The position numbers were made by a program, and so were the translations under genes. A stretch of DNA of 57,879 nucleotides from Bryobacterales bacterium (lineage in GTDB: Bacteria > Acidobacteriota > Terriglobia > Bryobacterales > Bryobacteraceae): NCBI GenBank assembly GCA_003166875.1, contig PMUN01000341.1:1-57879 (forward strand), given 5' to 3'. The notes under the pieces were generated by a model. It saw only the letters and a program-made list of their open reading frames with translations. It was not told where the DNA came from and ran no database searches. Positions 8,665 to 16,783 of this stretch are shown in pieces (within the stretch, counting starts at the first letter, position 1; each line of letters opens with the position of its first letter).

Positions 8665-10134
8665 ATGCGCTGTATGGCGAAACTCTGGCTACTTGTTGTC
8701 TTCACTTTTGCTCAGGCCTTTGCTCAACCCCAAATTGGGGGAGGCACCTGTAGCACGGTTTCTTTGAGCGGAAACTACGCGGTGACGCTCACGGGCCGGC
8801 AAGCCTCATCGACTGCATTCACGAGTGTTTACCAGGCAAATGGCGTGGCCAACTACGACGGCCAGGGACATGTCACTTTCACGCTCACCGCCAACAGTAA
8901 CGTGAGTGCGGTGCAGCCGGTGAAGGAAGCCGGCACGGTCAGCATTTCTTCGAATTGTACGGGGACGTTGACCTTTCCGACCGAGACCTTCAACCTGGCT
9001 GTTTACAACCAAGGCAAAGGGTTCCTCTTTTCGGGAACCGACAACACATCCTCGTTCTCCGGCACCGGTAGCACGCAGCCGGCTGCGTGCGTCACCGCAA
9101 CGCTGTCGGGAGTGTACGCTTTCAGCGCCAATGGATTTAATCTCAGCGGCACTGCGATATCCAGCGTCGCGGACTTGACGGGGCTTCTCCAGTTCGATGG
9201 GGTAGGCAAGCTGACCGGTAATTGGACCACGACCTCCGGCACCACCATGACCCAGGTTGCCGCCACTGGAACATACGCCGTCAACACTCCCAGCAGTTGC
9301 CTGGGCACGGCCACACTGGCCGACGCCAACGGCAAAGCATATACATTCGCTTTCAGCCTTAACGATCCAACGGGCGCGAATTTTCTTTTGCTCGCCTCCG
9401 GTCCGGAGATAACTTTTTCGGGGAACGGACACTCCTCCTATCTGAACCCCAGCCAGTCCGTCAGCAACGGGGCGAGCTTCAAGGCCGGCGAGACTGCGCC
9501 GGGATCGATTTTCTCGATCTTTGGGGAAAACCTGGGAGCGGCTCCGGGCGTGGATGCTGCGGTACTGCCGCTGCCGGGAAACATTGGTCCAGCGCACGTG
9601 ACCGTCAATGGCGAAACGGCTCCCCTTTTCTACGCGGGCCCGGGACAAATCAATGCGCAGATGCCTCTGGATATCCCGCCTGGTTTGGCAACGATCGTTG
9701 TCACCAATGGAAATGCGAAGAGCAATGCTGCCGCGGTGACGATTCCTCAGGCGGCGCCCGGGATTTTTATTTATGGGCCTGACAATCACGCTGTCGTCAT
9801 CAATCCAAGCGGGGCCACCAACGCGGACGGCGTACCGGCGCATGTCGGCGAAACTGTTGTGGCATACTTCACCGGCGGCGGACCGGTGACGCCATCCGGG
9901 ACGTGGGCCACTGGGGACGCTTCGCCGGACGGGAAGTCGCCAGTGACTTCCACCAACTCTGTTACTGTGAACGGCAAGGCCGCCGATGTCATTTATGTGG
10001 GTCTGTCGGGAGGCTCGGTGGGACTTTATCAGGCGAATTTTGTGATTCCCCAGGTGGCCGCAGGCGATCACCCGCTGGTGATTACTATCAACGGAGTGAA
10101 GTCGAACTCGGCTGCGATTACTGTGGCTGAATAA
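8665..10134 (+). CDS. Secreted protein with Solibacter-type C-terminal Ig-like domain (TIGR03437-like)
   Basis: ORF 8620..10134. The GTG at 8620 lies inside the hairpin, so ATG 8665 or 8674 is preferred (signal peptide MAKLWLLVVFTFAQAFAQ). C-terminal blocks SVSNGASFKAGETAPGSIFSIFGENLG...TVNGETAPLFYAGPGQINAQMP...AAPGIF. Confidence 0.7.
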   Translation: MRCMAKLWLLVVFTFAQAFAQPQIGGGTCSTVSLSGNYAVTLTGRQASSTAFTSVYQANGVANYDGQGHVTFTLTANSNVSAVQPVKEAGTVSISSNCTGTLTFPTETFNLAVYNQGKGFLFSGTDNTSSFSGTGSTQPAACVTATLSGVYAFSANGFNLSGTAISSVADLTGLLQFDGVGKLTGNWTTTSGTTMTQVAATGTYAVNTPSSCLGTATLADANGKAYTFAFSLNDPTGANFLLLASGPEITFSGNGHSSYLNPSQSVSNGASFKAGETAPGSIFSIFGENLGAAPGVDAAVLPLPGNIGPAHVTVNGETAPLFYAGPGQINAQMPLDIPPGLATIVVTNGNAKSNAAAVTIPQAAPGIFIYGPDNHAVVINPSGATNADGVPAHVGETVVAYFTGGGPVTPSGTWATGDASPDGKSPVTSTNSVTVNGKAADVIYVGLSGGSVGLYQANFVIPQVAAGDHPLVITINGVKSNSAAITVAE

Positions 10135-10165
10135 GCGTTGCCGGAACTAGAAAGGCACCGACCGG

Positions 10166-12835
10166 TTACTGGCTGGCTAAGGCCTCCATCGGCGAAATCC
10201 GTGCAGCGCGATGCGATGGCACCAGACACGCGACGAGAGACACCACGCCGATGATCGCGGCCGCGCCAGCCAGGATCGCCGGGTCAACCGGGGGCACATG
10301 ATACAGGACCGCCCGCATGGCTCGGCCCGCGAGCAAGCCTCCCAGGATGCCAAGCGTCGTGCCCGCGGCTAGCAAGCGCAGAGCGAGAGAGAAAAATTGG
10401 TTGCGGATCTGTTCCGGCCGCGCTCCCAATGCCATGCGAACGCCGATCTCCCGGCGGCGCTCGGTAACGGCGTAGCTCAATACGCCATAGGTGCCAATGG
10501 CGGTCAGCAGCAGAGCGATCGCCGAAAAGATGCCCGCCAGCAAAGCCGGTGAGCGGCGAGTTGTCAGGCTATCGGCGATGCGGGTTTCCATGGACCGGAG
10601 ATCGCTCACCGGCAACTCCGGGTCAATTCGCCTGACGGTCTCTTGCATCATCGACGCCATCGACTCCGGAGATAAGCTGGTGCGCGCAGTTATGAAAATG
10701 TCATCGCCGGCGCGGAAGATGTAGGGATAGTAGACCGCGCCTTGTGCGGCGTCGTCCGTAAGTCCAGCTTGCTTCACGGCACCTACTACGCCGACGACTG
10801 TGAATGCCTCGGCATCGGCTCTGGCTTCGCCGCCTTCGAACAAACGTTGGCCGACAGCGCTGGAATTTGGCCAATAATAACGAGCGAAGTCTTCATCCAC
10901 GACGCAGACCCGCTGGGTGCGGCGCGAATCGGCGGGCGTGAGGAAGCGGCCGGCCTGCAAGGAAAAGCCGAGAGCGCTGAAGTAATCGCCGCCCACGCCA
11001 TAAGAATAGTGACCGCGCAGAGTCTGGCCAGGCCGCAGGACGTAGCCTTTCACGGCAGCGGCACTTTTGCCGCTGTTGCCGCTTAGCGGAACATTGTTCA
11101 CTACGCCAGCCGTCAACACTCCCGGCAGTTGGCCGATTTCCTTGGTGAGCCTTTCAACGAACTGAAGGCGTGCCGTCGCGTCCGGATAGCTCTTCCAGGG
11201 AAGGGAAATGCGGCCTGTGAGAACATGTTCCGGACGGAAACCAGGCGCGACGGCTGTGGCCCGTTCGAGACTCAAGCCCAGCAATCCTGCGCCGGTCAAT
11301 AAAGATAACGCTAAGGCAATCTGCCCGACAATGAAACCATGCCGCAAACGTTGAGCGGCACGGCCGCTGGTTCCACCGCGACTTTCAGCTTGCAGCCTGT
11401 TGGTAAGGTGGTCACGAAGATTGAACCAGGCGATCGGCGCCGACAGCATGATCCCGATCAGGACGGCTCCAACAAGCGCAACTACTGCCAATCGCGTATC
11501 GAAGGCGATGCTGGCTCCCAGCGGTAAGCGATCCACGCCCAGCCGGGTCAGCAGACGGATTCCGCCAGCGCCGAGGCCGAGGCCGAGCAGTCCTCCAGTT
11601 AGAGCGAGCAGCGTAATTTCGACCATTACTTCGCTCACCACGTGTCGGCGGTTCGCGCCCAGCGCCTGCCGGACTGCCATTTCCTTGCTCCGGCCGTTGG
11701 CGCGGATGAGCAGCAGGTTTACCAGGTTGATTGCTCCTATCAGCAATAGAGCCAGCGCGCCCGATTGCATCAATAGCAACGTGGGACGGATCTCGGCAAC
11801 ATGATCGGCGTGGAGGGGGATCACGATCGATCGAAAACCGGCGTCGGCCATCGTCTTGGCCTGGGGATCGTCCACTTCCAGTGTGGCGTTCTGCGCGTCG
11901 ATTTGCGATTGAGCTTGCGCCAGCGTGGCGCCCGGTTTGAGGCGGGCGATCAACTGTTTGGAGTTGCCTCCCGAATGCCGCTCGGAGGGAGCGCGGTCTT
12001 GCGGGCGAGAGGCGAACGGCAAATAAAGCCGGGACTCCGAGGATAGAAAACGGAAGTCGGGAGGCAATACGCCGATTACGGTTTTCGGAACGCCGTCCAC
12101 GCGGATTTGGCGGCCGATCACGTGCGGATCGGTGTTGAAGCGCTGGCGCCAATAGACGTCGGTCAGAATGGCGACGTTGTCGGTTTCATAGGTAGTTTCG
12201 GCTTCTGTAAAAGTGCGCCCGAAACGAGGCCCGACACCGAGCGTAGTGAAAAACTCGGGAGAGACCCGCGTAATTTGCGCGCGTTCCGTGGAGCCGGTCT
12301 CGCCAATAATCCCCGTACCAAAGTTGTAGAGGGAGAGCGATGCGAAAGCTGGAATGCGACCGCGCCGTTCGTAGTAATTGGTGATGGAGGACCCATCGCG
12401 GTCAACGCCCGCTTTCGGGTAAGTGTTGAACATTGTGACCAGGCGGCTGGCCTCGGGAAACGGGAGCGGGCGGAGCAGGATGGAGTCCATCACGGCGAAA
12501 ATCGTGAGGTTGGCCCCGAGACAGATGGCCAGAGTGAGCAGGGCTGTGGCTGTGAATCCGGGCGTTTTTCGCAGCAGGCGGGTGGCGTATCGCAATTCCC
12601 GCAGAAGCTCGTCCAGCAAGTGCAGACCGCGCGCCTCGCGGCAGTCGCTCTTGACATTCTGCAGGCTTCCGAACTCAATGCGAGCCAGACGGGAGGCTTC
12701 TTCGGGCGCCACTCCTCGGCTCACCAGGTCGTCCGCGAATTGCTCCATGTGGAAACGCAACTCTTCGGACATGCCGTCCTCGAACTCGCGCCGAAACGTG
12801 AGTATGCGAAACAGTGAACGACTGCGCTTCCACAT
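10166..12835 (-). CDS. ADOP-family permease (MacB-like periplasmic domain plus FtsX, duplicated; no ATPase domain)
   Basis: 889-aa ORF with two FtsX-type 4-TM modules and large periplasmic loops. N-terminus FEDGMSEELRFHME...LRYATRLLRKTPGFT is typical of ADOP. Start is 1 nt after the padR stop. Confidence 0.9.
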   Translation of the reverse strand: MWKRSRSLFRILTFRREFEDGMSEELRFHMEQFADDLVSRGVAPEEASRLARIEFGSLQNVKSDCREARGLHLLDELLRELRYATRLLRKTPGFTATALLTLAICLGANLTIFAVMDSILLRPLPFPEASRLVTMFNTYPKAGVDRDGSSITNYYERRGRIPAFASLSLYNFGTGIIGETGSTERAQITRVSPEFFTTLGVGPRFGRTFTEAETTYETDNVAILTDVYWRQRFNTDPHVIGRQIRVDGVPKTVIGVLPPDFRFLSSESRLYLPFASRPQDRAPSERHSGGNSKQLIARLKPGATLAQAQSQIDAQNATLEVDDPQAKTMADAGFRSIVIPLHADHVAEIRPTLLLMQSGALALLLIGAINLVNLLLIRANGRSKEMAVRQALGANRRHVVSEVMVEITLLALTGGLLGLGLGAGGIRLLTRLGVDRLPLGASIAFDTRLAVVALVGAVLIGIMLSAPIAWFNLRDHLTNRLQAESRGGTSGRAAQRLRHGFIVGQIALALSLLTGAGLLGLSLERATAVAPGFRPEHVLTGRISLPWKSYPDATARLQFVERLTKEIGQLPGVLTAGVVNNVPLSGNSGKSAAAVKGYVLRPGQTLRGHYSYGVGGDYFSALGFSLQAGRFLTPADSRRTQRVCVVDEDFARYYWPNSSAVGQRLFEGGEARADAEAFTVVGVVGAVKQAGLTDDAAQGAVYYPYIFRAGDDIFITARTSLSPESMASMMQETVRRIDPELPVSDLRSMETRIADSLTTRRSPALLAGIFSAIALLLTAIGTYGVLSYAVTERRREIGVRMALGARPEQIRNQFFSLALRLLAAGTTLGILGGLLAGRAMRAVLYHVPPVDPAILAGAAAIIGVVSLVACLVPSHRAARISPMEALASQ

Positions 12836-12836
12836 G

Positions 12837-13178
12837 TCACACCTCCTCCGGCGTTGTATTCAAGGCCGAAGCGATCGCGGACGCAAGCCGGTTCCAACCG
12901 GCCGTTTCTTCACGCAGGCGGCGACGGCCCGCGGCGGTTAAGGTGTAATACTTCGCGCGGCGATTGTTCTCGGTTTGTCCCCATTCAGCCACGATGAGAT
13001 CCTGATGTTCCAGCCGATAGAGCGCCGGATACAAGGACCCTTGCGGAATTTCAAGCGCGTCGCCCGAGATCTGTTGAATGCGAAGCAACACGCCATATCC
13101 ATGCAGAGGTTTCAAGGAAACCGCCTTGAGGATCAGCATGTCGAGCGTGCCGGGGAGCAGGTCTGCGGTTTTGCCCAC
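12837..13178 (-). CDS. PadR-family transcriptional regulator (acidobacterial ADOP-associated type)
   Basis: 113 aa. LDMLILKAVSLKPLHGYGVLLRIQQISGDALEIPQGSLYPALYRLE is a PadR winged helix. GTG start, with junction TGAcATG to the permease. Confidence 0.9.
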   Translation of the reverse strand: MGKTADLLPGTLDMLILKAVSLKPLHGYGVLLRIQQISGDALEIPQGSLYPALYRLEHQDLIVAEWGQTENNRRAKYYTLTAAGRRRLREETAGWNRLASAIASALNTTPEEV

Positions 13179-13189
13179 GTTCTGGTCGT

Positions 13190-13208
13190 CTCCTAGTCTA
13201 ACTAGGAG
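13190..13208. promoter_or_regulatory. Perfect palindrome CTCCTAG-N5-CTAGGAG just upstream of padR (candidate operator); extra half-site at 13221-13227
   Basis: ctcctagtctaactaggag lies 12-30 nt upstream of the padR GTG and overlaps the likely GGAG Shine-Dalgarno. Confidence 0.4.
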
Positions 13209-13242
13209 TATAACTCATCTCTCCTAGTTTGACAAGAGGAGA

Positions 13243-13752
13243 TCAGTCTTTCTTGGCGATCCAACTTAAATAGGGTTTGTATTCAGCGCCGGGCGGCGCC
13301 ACTTCAAACTTGCCGTTGAGCGAGGGTCCGTCGAGGGAATAGAACAATCGGAAGCGCGGCCCGGGCTGGGTCCCGTCCGATTCGAAGACTGCTTTATTGG
13401 TGGCGGGGAAGGACAGGTTGTAGCGGATGACGTGCCCTTCGGTATCGAAATAAATAGCGCGCGGCGAATCATTCGGCGCATCGAGATAAATCACCATCAG
13501 GTCATCGTGCTGCGCCCCGGAGTTATACCCGGCATGATTGCGGCGCACGATTATTTTACGATTCAATTCCGGTTCGAAGGAGAAGCCGCCCTGACCGGCG
13601 CCTTGAGGCGTGTCTTTTTCGCCCGCGATGCCGGTCCATTTGCCCAACAGGAATTCGAGCTTGCTCCAGGAAGTATCGGCGGTGCTTTGACACCAAAGCG
13701 GCGGAGCGCTGAATAACACCGCGCTCAGGATGAAGTTGGTCAGGGTGCGCAT
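13243..13752 (-). CDS. Hypothetical secreted protein
   Basis: ORF 13243..13848. Start moved to ATG 13752 (MRTLTNFILSAVLFSAPPLWCQ signal peptide), because the longer form reads through the 32-bp inverted repeat. Confidence 0.55.
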   Translation of the reverse strand: MRTLTNFILSAVLFSAPPLWCQSTADTSWSKLEFLLGKWTGIAGEKDTPQGAGQGGFSFEPELNRKIIVRRNHAGYNSGAQHDDLMVIYLDAPNDSPRAIYFDTEGHVIRYNLSFPATNKAVFESDGTQPGPRFRLFYSLDGPSLNGKFEVAPPGAEYKPYLSWIAKKD

Positions 13753-13765
13753 AGCCAATATTCTG

Positions 13766-13859
13766 GCACTGTCCCCTTGCTCACGCGCGGGGCTACAAAT
13801 CGGACGGGTCGGCATAACATGAGTCGATGTAGCCCCGCGCGTGTGCAAGGGGACAGTGC
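13766..13859. repeat. 32-bp inverted repeat (31/32 match) with 30-nt spacer between two co-directional genes
   Basis: gcactgtccccttgctcacgcgcggggctaca (13766-13797) versus the reverse complement of 13828-13859. Confidence 0.8.
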
Positions 13860-14248
13860 TAGCGTTGCACCGTAATATCGAGCGATGCCGTCACTGCCTT
13901 GTGGTCCGCGCCTTCGGCCGTGAGCGTGTAATGCGTGGTTTTGGCCGGTGCAACGTCGAAGCAGCGGCTCAGGGATGGCCAGACTTTTTCAACGGGCGGA
14001 TCCAACCGCACTTCTTTCGCATTCACTACACCGTAACAGAGTTGCGCCTTTCCGCTAGCCGCGATGATGCCGTTGCTCGAGTAGAACTGGAAAATTTCGA
14101 CATGTCCGGCGTACTTTGCCAGCGGATCGCTGGTCACGGGCGGGCGCGCGGCTGCGATCTGAGAGGCGTGACGCTGCCACAAGACCCAGCCTACGTACAG
14201 GGCTGTAACGAGAACTGGGATCCACATCAGCTGGACCAGATTCTTCAC
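13859..14248 (-). CDS. Hypothetical membrane-anchored protein
   Basis: 129-aa ORF with N-terminal TM LMWIPVLVTALYVGWVLW. No recognisable family. Confidence 0.5.
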   Translation of the reverse strand: MKNLVQLMWIPVLVTALYVGWVLWQRHASQIAAARPPVTSDPLAKYAGHVEIFQFYSSNGIIAASGKAQLCYGVVNAKEVRLDPPVEKVWPSLSRCFDVAPAKTTHYTLTAEGADHKAVTASLDITVQR

Positions 14249-14313
14249 GCTTTTATCTTAACGGACGGTTAACACCCTTCTCTTGGGAGCGTCTTTTGGA
14301 CCAGGGAGGCTCA

Positions 14314-16779
14314 ATGCTGGACAATCTTTGGCGGGATCTGCACTACACATTCCGGATGTTCGCGAGAAATCCCGGTTTCACAGTGATTGTCGTGGCCACG
14401 CTAGCGTTGGGCATCGCGGCCAATACGGCTGTCTTTAGTATAGTCAGCGCCATCCTGTTGCGGCCGCTGCCCGGCATCAGCGAACCCGACAGATTGTTAT
14501 CGCTGTATCGCGTCCAGAACGGCCAAACATTCGACAACATGGGCTACCCGGACTATCGCGATTACCGCGACCGGAATCAATCCCTGACCGGTCTCGCGGC
14601 TCATTCCGCAGTCGCGCTGAGCTTCAATTCCGGGACGCCCGAGCGTCTGATCGGCGACCTGGTTACCGGCAATTACTTCGATGTGCTTGGCGTGCGCCCC
14701 GCAGCCGGACGGTTGCTTGTAGAAGATGACGATTCGGCCGCCGTGATCAGTTATGGCCTGTGGCAGCGAAAATTTGGCGCGAGCGCCAGTGCGATCGGCG
14801 CAAAAGTGGAATTGAACGGTTATCCGTTTACTGTCGTCGGCGTCGCGGATAAGGGATTCCGCGGGACCGTCGTCTCTCTTCCGTTTGAAGTTTGGGTGCC
14901 GCTTCGGACACAGCCGCGCACGTTCTCCCGGCTATCGAGCGGCATTTTCGAGAACCGCAGCTCGGGATGGTTGTCGCTGTTTGGGCGTTTGAAGCCTGGC
15001 GTAGACGTCCGGCAAGCAGATGCGGAGATAAGGACCATCGCCATTCAGCTCGCACACGCCTATCCGCTCACCAACAGCAAACGAACCGCTGCGACCGCCG
15101 GCGGTGTGGGAATGTACCCGGACGATCGGGCTGAAGTGGGCGGACTGCTCGCGTTGCTTTCAGGCGCTGTGGTGCTGTTGCTGCTGATTGCTTGCGCAAA
15201 TGTGGCGGGGATGCTGCTGTTGCGCGCCATGGGCCGAACGCGCGAAATGGCAATACGACTGGCCACGGGCGCAACGCGAAAGCGCATTGTGTGCCAACTT
15301 CTCACCGAAGGTTCGGTGCTGGCTTTGATTGCTGGCGCGATCGGCGTGTTACTGGCGGCATGGGCCACTCAGGCAATCGTTGCATCGAGTGAAGGCACGG
15401 CGACATCGTTAGTACGTCACGCGGGGGCCGGCATCAACGGAATGGTGCTCGCGTTTACGCTGCTCGCCACCATGGCGACAGGTTTGCTGGTGGCCCTGGC
15501 GCCCGCGATGCAATCTTTGAAGGTGGATCTGATAAATTCGCTCAAGAGCGGACTTCCGGGGTCGGGCTTTCGCGGCACGCGGCTGCGATCGGTGCTGGTA
15601 GCCGGGCAGGTGGCTGTTTCTCTCGTGCTTCTGAGCGGAGCTGGCCTGCTGTTGCGCGGTCTCCATCGGATCGTGACAGCTGACGCGGGCTTTGACTCGA
15701 ATAATATCGCGATGGCCGCCGTCGATTTGAATCTCGAACGGTATTCCGAGGAGCGGGGCCAGGCGTTCTATCGGGAGGTGCTCGAGCGGCTAAACGCGAT
15801 GCCGGGCGTGGTTTCCGCGAGTCTGGCATTCTCGATTCCGCCCACCGAGTGGCCAGGCGCGGTCTCCATTTTCCATCCGGGACAGGAGCCGTCGCCAGCC
15901 GAGTTGCAAGGCCATGAGTTCGAAATGGGCCTGCGCGTCAACATCAACCATATTTCGCCGAACTATTTCCGGACGCTCCGCATTCCGCTTCTCGCAGGGC
16001 GCGATTTCACGAATCGCGATCGCGTGGGGGCGCCAGGTGTGGTTATCGTCAGCCACCAGGTAGCCCAAAAAATGTGGCCGGGTGAGAATCCCGTCGGCCA
16101 GCGGATCGCCTATCCACAGTGGGCCGGGCCGCGACGGCCACCGTTTGAAGTGATCGGTGTTGCGAGGGATGTGCGGCATCTCGCATTGACCAGTCAGGCG
16201 CCGCTGCTGATGTACGTTCCACTCGCTCAAGAATACGACGGACGCGTGCGCGTGGTGGTTCGAACCGCATCGGGCAACCGCGACGGAATCGCGATGATTC
16301 AACGCGCGGTGGCTGCGACAGACAAGAATGTGGCCGTCTATGCCGCCGAAACCGGTCCTCAGCATTCCGCCGATTCGTTGTGGCAGCAGCGTATGGCCGC
16401 GAGCTGGATCGGTGCATTCAGCTGCATGGCGCTTCTGCTGGCCGCGGTCGGCCTGTATGCCGTCATCGCGCAATCAGTTGCACAGCGGACGCGCGAAGTT
16501 GGCATTCGCATCGCATTGGGCGCGAATCGAAGCTCGGTAGCCGCGCTCGTGATCAAGCAGGGCCTGCTGCTGGCCGCGGCTGGAATCTTACTAGGACTTC
16601 CCGCCGCAGTTGGATTTAATAGCCTGGTGCGGCGTTATCTCGCAGGTATTGACGGAAGCGACCCTGGAGGCCTGGCCGCAATCTCGATATTCCTGGTAGT
16701 GGTGATGCTAAGCGCCTGTTGGATTCCGGCGCGCCGGGCATCGCGCATCGATCCCATGCAGGCGCTGCGCTCTGAATAG
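14314..16779 (+). CDS. ADOP-family permease (MacB-like/FtsX, duplicated)
   Basis: ORF from 14296 (TTG). ATG 14314 is preceded by GGAGG. MLDNLWRDLHYTFRMFARNPGFT N-terminus and two FtsX modules. Confidence 0.9.
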   Translation: MLDNLWRDLHYTFRMFARNPGFTVIVVATLALGIAANTAVFSIVSAILLRPLPGISEPDRLLSLYRVQNGQTFDNMGYPDYRDYRDRNQSLTGLAAHSAVALSFNSGTPERLIGDLVTGNYFDVLGVRPAAGRLLVEDDDSAAVISYGLWQRKFGASASAIGAKVELNGYPFTVVGVADKGFRGTVVSLPFEVWVPLRTQPRTFSRLSSGIFENRSSGWLSLFGRLKPGVDVRQADAEIRTIAIQLAHAYPLTNSKRTAATAGGVGMYPDDRAEVGGLLALLSGAVVLLLLIACANVAGMLLLRAMGRTREMAIRLATGATRKRIVCQLLTEGSVLALIAGAIGVLLAAWATQAIVASSEGTATSLVRHAGAGINGMVLAFTLLATMATGLLVALAPAMQSLKVDLINSLKSGLPGSGFRGTRLRSVLVAGQVAVSLVLLSGAGLLLRGLHRIVTADAGFDSNNIAMAAVDLNLERYSEERGQAFYREVLERLNAMPGVVSASLAFSIPPTEWPGAVSIFHPGQEPSPAELQGHEFEMGLRVNINHISPNYFRTLRIPLLAGRDFTNRDRVGAPGVVIVSHQVAQKMWPGENPVGQRIAYPQWAGPRRPPFEVIGVARDVRHLALTSQAPLLMYVPLAQEYDGRVRVVVRTASGNRDGIAMIQRAVAATDKNVAVYAAETGPQHSADSLWQQRMAASWIGAFSCMALLLAAVGLYAVIAQSVAQRTREVGIRIALGANRSSVAALVIKQGLLLAAAGILLGLPAAVGFNSLVRRYLAGIDGSDPGGLAAISIFLVVVMLSACWIPARRASRIDPMQALRSE

Positions 16780-16783
16780 CCGG

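Noticed and set aside
8806-10071. 421-aa minus-strand ORF
   Set aside because: It is antisense to the secreted protein that carries the recognisable C-terminal domain. Its composition is extremely R-rich.
13753-13848. 32-codon N-terminal extension of the 13243 ORF
   Set aside because: It is encoded by the inverted repeat itself. A clean signal peptide begins at the internal ATG 13752.
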